From Thelocarpon superellum (taxonomy: Eukaryota), in contig JAPEUG010000051.1 of assembly GCA_026025795.1 (NCBI GenBank), forward strand, positions 1-64,000: DNA of 64,000 nt, written 5' to 3'. Every line of letters starts with the position of its first letter. The stretch's first letter is position 1. Both the position numbers and the translations under genes were made by a program. The notes beneath the pieces are model-generated. The model had not been told where the DNA came from. It searched no databases and worked only from the letters and a program-made list of their open reading frames with translations. Positions 1 to 12,435 of this stretch are shown piece after piece.

Positions 1-1845
1 GCATTTCCGGCATTTCCGGCATTTCCAGCTGCTCCGTTACCACCATGACCACTGCCGCCGCCGCCGCCACCGCCGCTACCGCTGCCACCACCACCAGGGC
101 TGCCGCTGCCGCTGCCGCTGCCGCTACCGCTACCGGCGCCATTGCCTCCGAGAGCACCGTTGGGCGGAGCTCCGACGATGGTCGAAGTCGAAGTTGTTTC
201 AGGCACCGTCACGATGGACGTCACGGTCAGCAACTGCGTGGTTTCTGCCACCGTGATGATCTGGCCTGAGTCTGTCACCGTCGAGGCTGGAATGACGCTG
301 ACAGTTGCCGAGGTGATGAAGACCGTCGTGGCCGCGATTGTGGTAGTTGCACCAGCCTCGGTCACAGTAGAGTCCGCGATGACGCTGGTGCTCACTGATA
401 CCAGGGTCGTGGTCGAGGCAGGGAGTGTCAAAGTCGAACCACGTAGGGTCACAGTCGAAGCCGGAATCACCCTGGTGGTGACCGAGGTCGCTGTGACAGT
501 GCTTGCGGGCAGCACAATCGTGGACAACTCGACGGTTGTCACCGTTGGACCGGTCTGGATCACGGTCGTGGCGGGAATGGTGCTTACTGTCGTCACAGTA
601 ATGTTCACTGTCGACGCGGGTAGGGTGATGGTCGTCCCTGACTCGGTGATGGTAGTCGGTGGCACTGTGCTTACAGAAGTTGTCGTAACCGTCACTGTTG
701 TTGGGGGGAGCGTGATGGTAATGTTGTCTGTCACAGTGGAGAAGATGTCTGTTGTTGCAGTTGTGGTAATATCATCTGTCACTGTAGAGACGATGTCTGT
801 TGTTTCAGTCGTCGTGATGTTGTCTGTCACAGTGGAGAAAATGTCGGTGGTGGCAGTCGTAGTGTTGGTCACTGTTTCTGTGACAGTTGTCTTTCCTTCC
901 CGAAAGATATCGTAAGTGGTGGTGACAGTATCTGTTTCTGTAGAGAAGATATCGCTGGTGACTGTGACATTATCTGTCAGGGTAGAGAAGATATCGCTTG
1001 TGACAGTAACATTTTCGGTGATAGTCGAAGTGAAATCACTGGCGACTGTAACGTTGTCGGTGATAGTCGAGGTGAGATCACTGGTGACAGTGATGTTGTC
1101 AGTGATGGTGGAAAACACATCGCTCGTGACGGTGATATTGTCAGTGATGGTGGACAAGATGTCTGTAGTAGAGGTGATGGTCGTGGTATTGGTGATTGTG
1201 ATGAAGATGTCTGTCGTGGCAGTCGTTGTGTTGTAAAGTGTCGAGAAGACATCGCTCGTGACCGTGGTATAGTCGGTGATGGTGGAATAGAGGTCACTGG
1301 TGACAGTAACATTCTCCGTTACAGTCGAGGTGATGTCACTGGTGACAGTAACATTATCCGTTACGGTCGAGGTGATGTCACTGGTGACAGTGACATTGTC
1401 TGTAACCGTCACCGTCGCCGCGCTCCCAACCGTAATCGTGTCGGTACAAGTAATCGTTTCGGTCCTGCAACGTTTAATCTCTGCGATGTTACGCTGACGG
1501 GGTGTCTCACCTAGTGACAGTCGGTCTGCAACGGTCAGGCACATCATCGCAACGAAGCGGCGGCGATATGCGTAACCATGCGGGACTCCCATCCGGCCCG
1601 GCAATAGCGTTGGAATCCGGAGACGAATTAACCTCCGGGGTAGGAGAGGGGCTGGACTGTGATTCCTCGCCATTAGCCTAGACGACGAGGATAGAAGGAA
1701 GTGGGCAAGCGGGACATACCCCACTCGGCCATTGCCTGCGGATGCCGTAATGCCAGTGTCCACCTTCCGCCACGCTGCTATCCACACATATGATGGCGAT
1801 GGCGGCCCACCATAGTGCGGCGCAGATATGGAGACTGCGTGGCAT
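1..1845 (-). CDS. Secreted Thr/Val-rich tandem-repeat cell-surface protein (adhesin/mucin-like); 3' end runs off the window
   Basis: ATG at 1845 gives signal-peptide-like MPRSLHICAALWWAAIAIICVDSSVA. Introns start GTATGT (~1719) and GTGAGA (~1510, ending TTGCAG ~1465). The long last exon encodes 14-aa repeats (TVTSDITSTVTDNV), then a TxT/PAST-rich stalk and a Gly/Ser-rich segment. Not listed in the ORF track because the exon lacks a start codon. Confidence 0.8.
935..1420 (-). repeat. Coding 42-bp (14-aa) tandem repeat
   Basis: ggtgacagtaacattctccgttacagtcgaggtgatgtcact at ~1299-1340 recurs near-identically at ~1341-1382, with degenerate copies down to ~935. Confidence 0.9.
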
Positions 1846-4800
1846 GATATGTTGCTTTGATCCTGCCTGCTAGACGGCCGTGAAAGATGGCAGGAGGGTC
1901 CGCCGCAGCGGATAAGCTCGAGCGCGGTAAGATGAGATTGGGCCACCGATGCTGTGAACGAGTGACGGAGGATTCACGGCCACGAGCAGCGTAGGGGATC
2001 GATGGCCGCGGCGCAGAACCGGGCTGAGGTCAATCACTCGAACGAGCGTGGAGGTGGTCTGGTTCAGCGGGCCCACCGAGCGGCAGCCTGCTGGTGCCCC
2101 GCCGTTGACGGTGAACGGGCGACGGGAGGTAGCGGACGCGCAAATGGAGAGACGCGCTGGAGGAAATGAGGTGCGAGGTTTGCCAACACTCGAACGAAAG
2201 ACGAGGTGATGGTCACACAGAGGAGAGACGCGGCGGGAGAAAAGTGGAGTGGCGGGTGGAGGGTCATGATAGACAATGGCCAAAGGCCAAAGGCCCGATC
2301 AAGGAAAGCATCGACAGAGAGCTGCGGGCCAATGGGACGACGACCTGAGGGCGAGGCCAATGACCACGCACGTCAGAGTTTGCGCAAGGCACGGCGACGC
2401 TGGTCGGCCGCATGGGGCAGGCTGGGCAGCAGACGCTGCTCGGCATGGTCGGATGCAGGTGGACGTAGCCCTACCCATCGGCGGGGGCTCGTCACCAAAG
2501 TGGGAGCTCCGCAGTGGCAGAGGCAGCATGATGGTGGTGGCGGGGCACGACGTGGGAGCGGTGACGCCGAGGGGCAGCGATGGCAGGCCCGCGTCGAGCT
2601 CGATGGTAAGCGCCGTGATAGCGGACCTCGTGCAGCTCAGGCGGACCCGGAAGGAGGGTTTCCTGCTTGCACTCCGAACGCCAGATGGCCCGGGAGCCTC
2701 ACGACCGACGCGAGCGACGGCGAGCCAGGGTCGACCCGAAAGGTTAAGATGGCCTCATAGGCGACCGAAAGCTACCGGGGTGCGAAGCCCGGCTGGCTGT
2801 GGCAGCAGTTGTGGTGGAGTGGACAGGGATGGGCCGTGGGCATGGGTGGGCCTGGGTCGTTCCTTCAGCCATCATCCGGTCGTGGCTTGTTACCTCCGCC
2901 TCCACCGCGACCTAAACAGCTCGTGCCGAGCGCAGTGCCCGCTGTCTGTGGCCCACCCTTCACAGGTCAGCCTACCATCGTTCGTCCTCAGTCCACGCCG
3001 TCGTTTCGAAAGGACTGTGCTGCAGCTGCACGACCATCACCTACAAACTACTACAGAACAGCGACCTCATTCCGGGCACGCGGAGCCCGAAGGAGGCGAC
3101 AGTTGACGTCGCCCTCGAATTGAGGCGTAAGGCAGTTATCGGACGGTCGTAGCATCGACGGCGGCCAGAATTCGGAGGACTTCCGTACGCGTATGCCATC
3201 ATGTCCGTTCGCCATGGCTCGTCGACGCCCAAGCCAGTCTCGCCCGTGTTTTGTGTCCTCGGCGGACCATGTCTCGGAGGGAGCGCAAGACCAACGCACA
3301 ATGGGCCGGGTCCAATGCCGCAGACAGAGACTCGGCCTGCCATTCCCTGCACATGCATTTCAATTACGTGCTCGCCTTGTCGCCAATCCTGGTACGTGGA
3401 GCCCTCTGTTTACTCGATTCGCACCGCGGGAAATCCTCCATCGCGTTTGCCTCGAGGATGACGATGATGACCCAGCACGTCCGTTCGCTCTTGCGCATGC
3501 CGGCCGACATAGCCCAGCGAGCTTGGCGGGGTATCTGCAGATGCGGTGGCAAGACTCGCTTCGAGCGTGGCCCGACGTGCTTGGTTGCGTAGGTGGTCGG
3601 TGTGTTCTGCACGACTTTACGCCCGCACCCAGATCTTACCGCTGTGCCACGCATCCTCATGTCCTCATCCGTGCCCACGTCGGCTGCCCATGTAGCCTGG
3701 GCCAGGCCAAATTTACGGCGCACGTAAACCCTAATTGATCAACCACTCGTACACATCCCACCGTCTTGCGCTGAGCACGGGATAGAGGCCAAATGCTTCC
3801 GAGAACATCTTGAGGCACATGCAACGACGCGCCACGAACGACGGACGAGGAGAGGGGAACAGTACCAGCTGGGCGTTTCGTTCAGCAAGCCATTCTTTGA
3901 CCTGCATCGGCTGCTTGGTCGATTCGAGCGTTTTGTTTGGCTAAGCGAGTTCGTCCACAGGGTCTCCGTCATGCCGTGGCTGGCTGGGAATCAAGTCACG
4001 GTAAACTAGGCGACTAGCGGCGAGCGAACCCTCTGGGCAAACACGCTGGGCAGCTTCCCGCACCTTGTGTCTGTCCCACCTGGGGCCGGCACTGGGCACA
4101 GCGCCTGAGTGGAAACTCTACACGGAACCCTGGTCCGGCGCTGGTATTCGGCATATGACGGCGGTCGATGGTAACGTGCTCCAGCTCGACTCGCACGAAG
4201 ACAAGTTCCCTTCGGCCGATCGAAAGACTTGGAAGAGTAGGTCCAAAGGTGCGGCTGTGCCACGTCAAAGACCGCATCCCTGTCCTGCCGGCGCAGTCCT
4301 TCGTGGCGTCGACGCTAGACATCTCCTCCGCTCCGGTTCGCTGGTCGCGATGTGCAAGTGTACGCCTTCGAGCCCTGCCACAAAGAAATCTTGGCCAAGC
4401 GTTCCATTCTTAGATCGGCCACCCGTGCTCGCTCGACGTGCCCATGTTCGTTCAAGCCAGGACAAGGCCCGGCATGTCACCGAAGCTTGTGCGTTGTCCC
4501 ATTGAGCCGTCGCAGAGGGCATGGATCCTCCTCGACCCTCCGCAGGCTGACCGGGGTGTGTGGGCCATTGAGCGCGGGCCCTCAGCCCCGATTGACCGAT
4601 AAGCCAAGCCGACGATTCGTGCTGCTCGCGCCCCCGCTTCTTCCCGTGCCCCACCACCTTGCTCTCGGGCCTTTGAGCTTGCAGCAGCCAAGGGCAGAAT
4701 CGACCGATGCACGCATGTGCATCTGTCGCCTACTGTGGTCGAGAGCGCGTCCCCACCTACGGAGAAAATGCACCTCCACAGCAGCTGGCACCGGACTTGC

Positions 4801-4990
4801 ACCTGGGCTTACAGCAAGCGGTCCATGGCCGGCACCCAGGGCCGCCACCAGACACGTTCCACGAATACCTTAATCAGCCAACACCGATGTGTTGAGGTGC
4901 AGCTGGTTAATCGTGGCGGCGTTGAGATGCACAATCTTGAACTTCACCATCGCGTACCTGGATTTGCCCTACCTCCAACTCGGCGCGAGG

Positions 4991-7708
4991 ATGGCGCGCT
5001 TGATCGTATTTTGCATCGCATGGAGTCTGGTGCCGGTTGCGATGAGCGCGCGGCCGTCGCTGCTCGGAGCTCGAGATGTCCTCTCCCCGCGCGATTGGCA
5101 ACCCAATCAGCAAAACCAGACGCTGTGCTGGTGGGAACAACCACGGAGTAAAGCACCTTGATATGGGTGCATACCTTTGCGGACGGAGATGCTGATGATG
5201 GTCCAGGCGCCATCATCCGGGATACACTGTATATTGATGGAGGATACATGGGATACCTCCCCGGCTTCGCCAATGGCTCCGTCGGCGCACCCATCCAACC
5301 TGGTATGATTGCTCCATCGACGTGAGCTAAGGCACCAGTGTTGACGCCGCACCAAGAGGACGGACAGTTTCTCTACGCTTTGAACTTCACCACGCCTTTC
5401 ACCACCTCCCAGAACGCCAGCGACGTCCTGCAGACCATCAACAAGACGTCGGGCGCGGCAAATAATCTGGCCCCAAATTTTTACGACGGCACCCTGTTTG
5501 CCAATGATGATGAGTTCTACGAGTATGGTGGCCTCCTCCGTGACACCGACAGCCTTGATCCTCCCCCGGCCACCTCCGTCCTGGGCTTTGAGAGGTTTCA
5601 GTATGGGCCTCAGCGAGATTCGTGGCAGCCAGGCTTCTACGATGGACAACTTCCAGATGGCATCACCCGTTATGTCACGGCCGGCGCCAGCGTTAATGTT
5701 CCGTCACAGAACCTGGCCTTTTATTTCAGCGGAATGAGAGGGCCCACTTGGGGGGATATTCGGGCCCAAGGACGGTCTCAGTACAATGCCACCGTGGTCG
5801 CCAACACGATGATTTCCATTGACATGTCAGTCATGCGCAGCGAAAAGTATACGAATACCACGCTGCCCTCTACTATCCCGGGTCGCGCCAACGCTGAGCT
5901 TGTCTGGATCCCGGTATCGGATCTAGGCGTCCTAGTGGCGCTCGGTGGAGTGATCGAGCCAAGCTGGGCCTTTCTCCCACTCACGGACGCGCAGAAGGTT
6001 CAAAGTGTACGGCATCCTTCCCTCCTATGTCGGACATGATGACTGACACGCTCACATCGGGCAGCAAAACGTCAGTCCTGGTTTCATGGAGACCGTGTCA
6101 GTCTACGATATCAAGTCGGCCACGTGGTACAACCAAGCCACGTCTGGTGACATCCCGCCGCAATTGACCCAGTTCTGCTCGGTCGTGGCCTCGGCCAAGG
6201 ATGGATCGTCACAGAACATCTACATCTATGGCGGATGGGATGGTCTGGACGACACCAGCGCCCCGTCGGACGACGTCTACGTCCTCTCCCTTCCCTCCTT
6301 CACCTGGGTGCACGTGTATAATGGCACCTCCGCGCATGGCCGTCGCTCCCACAAGTGCGCCAAGGTCTACCCGGACCAGATGTTCGTCGTGGGCGGACAA
6401 ACCCAGCAGGCCGAAACCTTCAGCTGTCTGGCCGATGGCGTCATACAAATCTTCAACCTGAACACGTTGGCATGGCAGGATAGCTATGATCCGAAGGTCT
6501 GGTCCCAATATAAGGTGCCGAGCGTCATTACGGCACAGATCGGTGGAAGGTCTGTGGCTCCCAAGCCCCATACCATCGGTACATCTTGCGCTGACCAACT
6601 GTAGTGGTGACGGAGGTGCTCAGAGCACAAAACCCAGCAGTTGGTCCAACAACTCGCTGGCCGGCCTCTTTGGCACCAAGTACAGCGCCCCGATCACCAC
6701 GTATTATCCCTACGCTTCTATCGCCGCCTCGCCGACGGGTGGCGCGGTGCCGACGCGGCTCTCCACCACGCTTCCCACTCCAGTGCCCCAGTCCAGCGGG
6801 ACGCCAACATGGGTCGGGCCAGTAGTTGGAGTGTTGGTGGCGCTCATCGTACTCGCGGCGCTCCTGACCTGCTTCGTCCTCTATCGTCGCCGGGGCGGCC
6901 TCAGACGACGCGGCACGGTGAGCGACACGGGAACTTCGCGGGGCAACCGGATCATGAATTGGATCCCATACCCCCCCAAGGCTGCGACGGCCTCTACCAC
7001 GGGAGATCACAGCGACGACAGCGGTGCGACTGCCATTGCGAGCTCCGGTAACGAGAAGCATGGAGTGCACGAGCATTACATGCCCGCCGAGGTCTCTGGA
7101 AGTCCGTTGCACGAACTTCCTGGTACGTTGAACCTCCGCTCGTTCCCTTCCGTCCACCACTGACCCCGCGTGAAGCCAACACGCCTCCAACCGAGCTACC
7201 CGACGGCAGCACTGGGCAAGAATTCTTCGGTTTCTCCTCCTCAAGCCCGTCACGGTCCGTTGGGTCTCCCATCACGCCCATTTCAGGGATTCCACGCCCA
7301 GAGTCACCCACTGCCAGCCCAACCAGCCCCTTACATGACCGACACGCGTCCGACATCTCGTCCATGCAGCCAGTCTCACCTACCAACGGCGCCTTCACCC
7401 GAGGACACACTCGTCAGGTCAGCAGCCTCGACTCGGCAGGTATGCCATCGCTCGGCTCAGGCGTCAGCGAAGCCGGCCTCGAGGACGCGCGACGTAGCTC
7501 GAGGCATCGCTCCGACCTCCAATCCCATCGCCTCAGCGACCTCAGTCCCGTCCACGGTGAAGTGACGCCCCCTGAGCCAGAGGCACCGCCGCCAGCACCC
7601 GGCCAGCCCCATATTTTGCTGAGTCCGCCAGCGCCGACCTCGCCAACCTCACCATCACGATCGCCTGCTTCTGGACGACAGAGCTCGTTTGGCGAGGTTT
7701 TCCGATAG
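4991..7708 (+). CDS. Kelch/beta-propeller type I membrane protein (signal peptide, kelch repeats, one TM helix, Ser/Pro-rich tail)
   Basis: N-terminal MARLIVFCIAWSLVPVAMSA. Kelch motifs LYIDGG, FYEYGG, LVALGG, IYIYGG, MFVVGG. TM segment WVGPVVGVLVALIVLAALLTCFVLYRRR. About 5 GT-AG introns join the ORFs at 5338, 6086, 6486 and 7364. Confidence 0.85.
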
Positions 7709-7722
7709 GAAATGCTTCACAA

Positions 7723-7768
7723 TGCGCTTTCACGCTGCGCTTTCACGCTGCGCTTTCACGCTGCGCTT
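7723..7768. repeat. 13-bp tandem repeat (tgcgctttcacgc), about 3.5 copies
   Basis: Read directly just after the kelch gene stop codon. Confidence 0.9.
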
Positions 7769-8364
7769 CCATGGTAAGCATTCATCAACAATTTGAGCAG
7801 TTGGAATTCTTGGTTCTTTAGAAGGTTAAGGGATATGCCTCGCGATGTATGTATGCTAGGCAGGGGCTCGGAGCTGGGGGCTTGGTGAGGATGCACTTGG
7901 CACTGTAGTGGATTCAGTCGGCATATCTGAACGCAAAGCCAGGGCTAGGAATGTGGAATATGCGGTGGCGCGTGAGCCGACCCTTCTTGTATAGTATATC
8001 TTCAGCTTTGGCATTTTTACAAAATACCCAACGCTTCTTGTCAAGCTGGGGGTGCTTCAGTTATCCACCCCAGCATGTGAATCTTGCGGCCCCTCCCGAT
8101 GATGCCCGATCTCCACCGCCAATGCAGCATGTAGCAACGGATTTCACAGTAAACTTTTCGCTCCCATGCAGCGGATTATTATTGGAGGCTCTTGATGTGG
8201 TCATACCAGTTCTGGTGAATGAGAACAACCAGTCAGTTTGCACTCATGTGCGGAATGCCGCGGGGGACCGATCAGACTCACCTCCGCGACCAGTCTGTCT
8301 TGCCCACAACTCCTGAATGATCTTGGCTTAACTTCGCTCACCCCATGCCGTTCTCCTTTCTACC

Positions 8365-9245
8365 CTAACTCCACCGAATCCCAAAGATCTTCTTCGGCTC
8401 TTTCGAGCCGCCTGTGGCCTCGGTGTTTTCCAAGTAAACTCGAGAGTGGCCTGGGACATCTAATGCCAAGAACAGGTACTCGAACTCGCTGCTTCCTGAA
8501 CGCTTCACCATGTGTAGATTGACCACCCCTTTATTCGACGGCCCTTCAACCTACCGATTTTCATGAGTGATCGTAGACGAGGGAGAAAGTTTCGGAACAA
8601 GCTTACATTGAAATGCATCTGGAGATGCTCTGCTCCGTTTGGATCTTTGGAGAGATTGGACCTGAAAGGCGGATGAGCCAAGCGGTTCTTCTGTCCGAAA
8701 TATACGACACTCACGCAATTGGCCGTGCCCGAGCCCACTTGTTCCACGTAGGTTCACCATAAGCCTTGATCTTCTTGGCACTGCCCAACAGCTCCGTGCA
8801 CTGAGGATCCCTTCGGACTCGATCAAAGGCCCGGTTGAAATGGCTGGTCTTGCTCTCCAAGGAGAAGACTTCGAGGTATAGAAGGGTGAATACACCGCCC
8901 TGGTGTCTTGACTTAGTACGTAGATGCTTTCCGAGGCCGGAGACTTACCGTCATCACAAGACCAGTCAGAATCGTGAGCAGGTTGAACGACTGCTGCGTT
9001 GTACGGGCAGCTTTCTCCCGTGTTGAAAGCTCACCCCACCGGAGTCGCCCATCATCATTCGCCACGGTGATCTGCCTCCGTGACGAAGAGCTTTTCTTGG
9101 TTGTTGCACCTCCTGTCGCACGATGTCGTTGCTGCTGGGACAGACGCCCTCCCGTAGCAGAGACTAGTCGGAGCGGTAAGGTGGACGGCGGAGGGTGAGC
9201 ATGCCGGAGGACATACTGATGCAGAACCATCGGGGCCGTCAACAT
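8365..9245 (-). CDS. TIM21: Mitochondrial import inner membrane translocase subunit Tim21
   Basis: RRQITVANDDGRLRWGELSTREKAARTTQQSFN, TM segment, then AFDRVRRDPQCTELLG..IKAYGEPTWNKWARARPIA, HLQMHFNVEGP..GVVNLHMVK and a KKIFGIRWS* end. 3 introns. Start could be 9281. Confidence 0.9.
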
Positions 9246-9654
9246 GGTGGAGCGTCTCGTGATTCTTTCGGTCTTCAGCACATCTGGTCCTAAAACTGGG
9301 TCGCCAAGCTATGGCGGGAGCTCTCCTTGAGGGGAACGACGATGGCTTGAGCATCCTTTAGTGGGGAAACTTCGGCCAATCGCGCGTTGACTCTGGAAAG
9401 AAGCCGAGCGAGAGAACGATTAGATAAGCAAGCCCCATCAGCGGCCCGCTTCATTCCCCGTGTCGAACATGACGATTAGTTCATTAGCGGGCGATTATCA
9501 AGGGCCGGCCTGGGACACGTCGCCATTGCAGATCCAAGGTCTTGCCAAGAGGAGCTCACTCACGGGACTCTGGCGTATCTTGGTTTGTGTGCCGCCACGC
9601 CGCCACGCCACCGCTGTCCGATGTGAATGTGGTCGTATTGATCGATCTGGCAAG

Positions 9655-11413
9655 ATGAGTCTCGCGACCAAGGCCCAGACGCAGAAGATCTTTGAGAAAC
9701 TCAGGTCAAAGCCGGCAAACAAGGTAGGGGCTACGTGGGCTCGAAGCAACCACTCGAGACTGACCGTCGCAGGTTTGCTTTGACTGCGGGAGCAAGAACC
9801 CCACATGGTCCTCCGTCCCCTTTGGCATCTACCTGTGTCTCGATTGCTCGGCCACCCACCGCAACCTCGGCGTCCACATCTCCTTTGTTCGCTCCACCAA
9901 CCTCGACCGTAGGTTTGATTCCTGACGTGGCCATAGAGTGTACTAAATCCACCCTAGAATGGCAATGGGACCAACTCCGGCTCATGAAGGTCGGGGGGAA
10001 TGAGTCCGCCACCAAGTACTTTCAGACGCATGGTGGAACGGCGGCACTGGCGAGCAAAGACGCCAAGGTCAAATATGAGTCGAACGCCGCGACTAAATAT
10101 AAGGAGGAGCTGAAACGAAGAGCGACGGCCGATGCCAAAGAGTATGGCGTCAACGGGGACCCAGACGTACGCTCGCTGACAAGCGCTCGGCAGATACCCG
10201 AATGAGGTCGTGGTCACGGATCTTGCTGCGGCCTCGGCCGAGGACGGCAGTGCGACCCCGACCGGAGAGCCGGACGACGACTTCTTTTCGTCCTGGGACA
10301 AACCTGCCATCAAGCGCCCAACTCCGCCCATCTCTCGGACTGGGACGCCATCATCGGCCGGACGAGCCCCGTCCCCCTTCCTTAATGCCGGCTCCAATGG
10401 AAACGCTACCGCCCGTCCTAAATCACCCCTGATCAACGCCGAGATGGCGACGGTACCCACCGCCCCCCGAAGCACCGCCGCCCCGGCTGTCCGCAAGCCC
10501 ACTCTGGCTGGCGGATCTCGCAAGGCCAGCGTGCTGGGCGGGAAGAAGAATCAAAAACTCGGAGCCAAGAAGATCACAGGAGCCGACGCCATCGATTTCG
10601 AGGCGGCCGAAAAGAAGGCCAAGGAGGAGGCGGAGCGGATCGAGAGACTCGGCTACGATCCTGACGCCGAAGCGGCTGCGGCCGCGGCCAGCGAGGCCAC
10701 GCCTCAGGTGGGGCTGCCGGCGGCAGAGACGAAGATCGCGAGCCCGACGCCCTTGAGCCCGACCAAAGGCTTGGGAACGACCAAGGGCCGTGAGCGTACC
10801 AGCGCCGAGATGGAACGACTAGGCATGGGGATGGGTCGGTTAGGCTTCGGCCAGGTAGGCGGCGCGGCAGCCAAATCTGCCACGCCACCCAAGAAGATGG
10901 GCTTTGGTGCCACGGCCAGCAGCAAGGCTAGCGCGGAAGGTACGTCACGTCTCGCCCTGACATCACTTCGTCCAACCCGTCACTGACAGTCCTTGCGGCA
11001 GAGCAAGAAAGCTACGCGCGCCAAAAGTTTGGCAACCAGAAAGGCATCTCCAGCGATGAATTCTTCGGTCGCAACATCTTTGACCCCTCGGCCCAGGCCG
11101 AGGCGCGGACACGTCTACAAAACTTTGAAGGCTCATCCTCTATCTCCAGTAATGCATATTTCGGTCGGCCCGACGAAGACAACGCACCGGATGAGTTTGG
11201 CAACTACGGCGATCTGGAGGGAGCCGCGAGGGACTTTGTAAGGAAGTTTGGCGTCACGGCAGGCGACGACCTGGAGAATTTGACACACGTCTTGGGAGAA
11301 GGCGCCAGCAAGCTGCAGGGTACGTCGTAATGTTTTCGGAAACATTGAAGCTGCCAGGCTCAACTTGCTAACCATTGATCACAGGGGCGATCCGGAGCTA
11401 CCTTAACAGCTGA
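9655..11413 (+). CDS. GLO3: ADP-ribosylation factor GTPase-activating protein (Glo3/ArfGAP2/3)
   Basis: [68 protein letters not shown] (ArfGAP zinc finger). Glo3 motifs [15 protein letters not shown] and SISSNAYFG. About 5 introns. Confidence 0.93.
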
Positions 11414-12435
11414 TGTGGCTTCCGATAGGGGCTCTGTCGGTTAAAACAGGGGGATGGACCGCTGAGAATTCCCCGTGTGTGATCATGATGAAGGCTATGC
11501 GATACGCTTTGCAAGAATGGAGACTTTCGTGGAGCATCGAGTCCGTACACAAGCTTCCCAAAGTTCAAACAGCCTCTACAAGATATTTCATCCTTTCCTT
11601 CTACAAGGCTTCTAAGCAAACGGTGCAGGATGAGCCACTGCAAATCCTTGTCCCTACGCCACGCGATGGTGATGGCCTTGCACAAACAATCTTGATTCGA
11701 GATTGTCCGCTAGCCACGTGTGGACGTAGCAGTCTGTAAAATTCTGTCTCCAGCTTGTTCGGGCCGTCTGCCCTTCACGTCCGTTCACGGGAGACGCCGT
11801 GCTTACATCAGACGACATTCGAGGCCTCGAGGGAGGATCCCCGCTTCTACTCGTACTGTATGGTCTCGGTAATTTTGCCTGGACTAGGGCCCGTAACCCC
11901 GTATGCTAAAGCTGGAGGAACCTCCGCTGGGTGGACAATTCCACGGTCGGCCACCGAGGTCGCTAACTCCCTGCCCTGCGGGTGGTCGGGAAAGTCGTCT
12001 CGTTTGCCTACTGATGACGCCCATTGGCCTCACCTCCTCTCCTCTCCTTCCCTTCTCGACGTGACGAAGAGCTTCGCCTCGACCATCAGAATACATGGCG
12101 TCGTAGCAATCCGACCGCCGATATACTCCCGCTTTACTCCCACGTACCGCTTGTGTCCAGCGTCCTTCTCCTGCAGGCATCACGGCGTATCGCAGTCGTC
12201 CTCGTCACCGCCATACCTTCCATCTACTCCCACCGTAACCCTGGCGGTCTCACGGCACTGGAAGCTTTTCCTCCTTATTGGGGTGCTGTTTGTCTCCATC
12301 ACCCTCATCCTGGCCCCAACCGGCCGTATCACCTCCCGTCTCTCTGCCTTGCTGAAACCGACCCGGCCCATCTCCCTTCCCTCCACAACCCTCGCACCCG
12401 CTGCATCCACCGCGGGGCCAGCGTCACCTGCGACC

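Noticed and set aside
142..1497. Val/Thr-rich plus-strand ORFs (142-915, 916-1236, 1300-1497)
   Set aside because: Antisense shadows of the minus-strand Thr-rich repeat gene, which has the signal peptide and splice signals.
3726..3734. AAACCCTAA resembling a telomerase RNA template or telomeric repeat
   Set aside because: A single imperfect copy with no other supporting elements seen.
1870..4900. Many overlapping 60-280 aa ORFs
   Set aside because: Arg/Pro/Ala-rich with no recognisable motifs, as expected by chance in GC-rich DNA between divergent genes.
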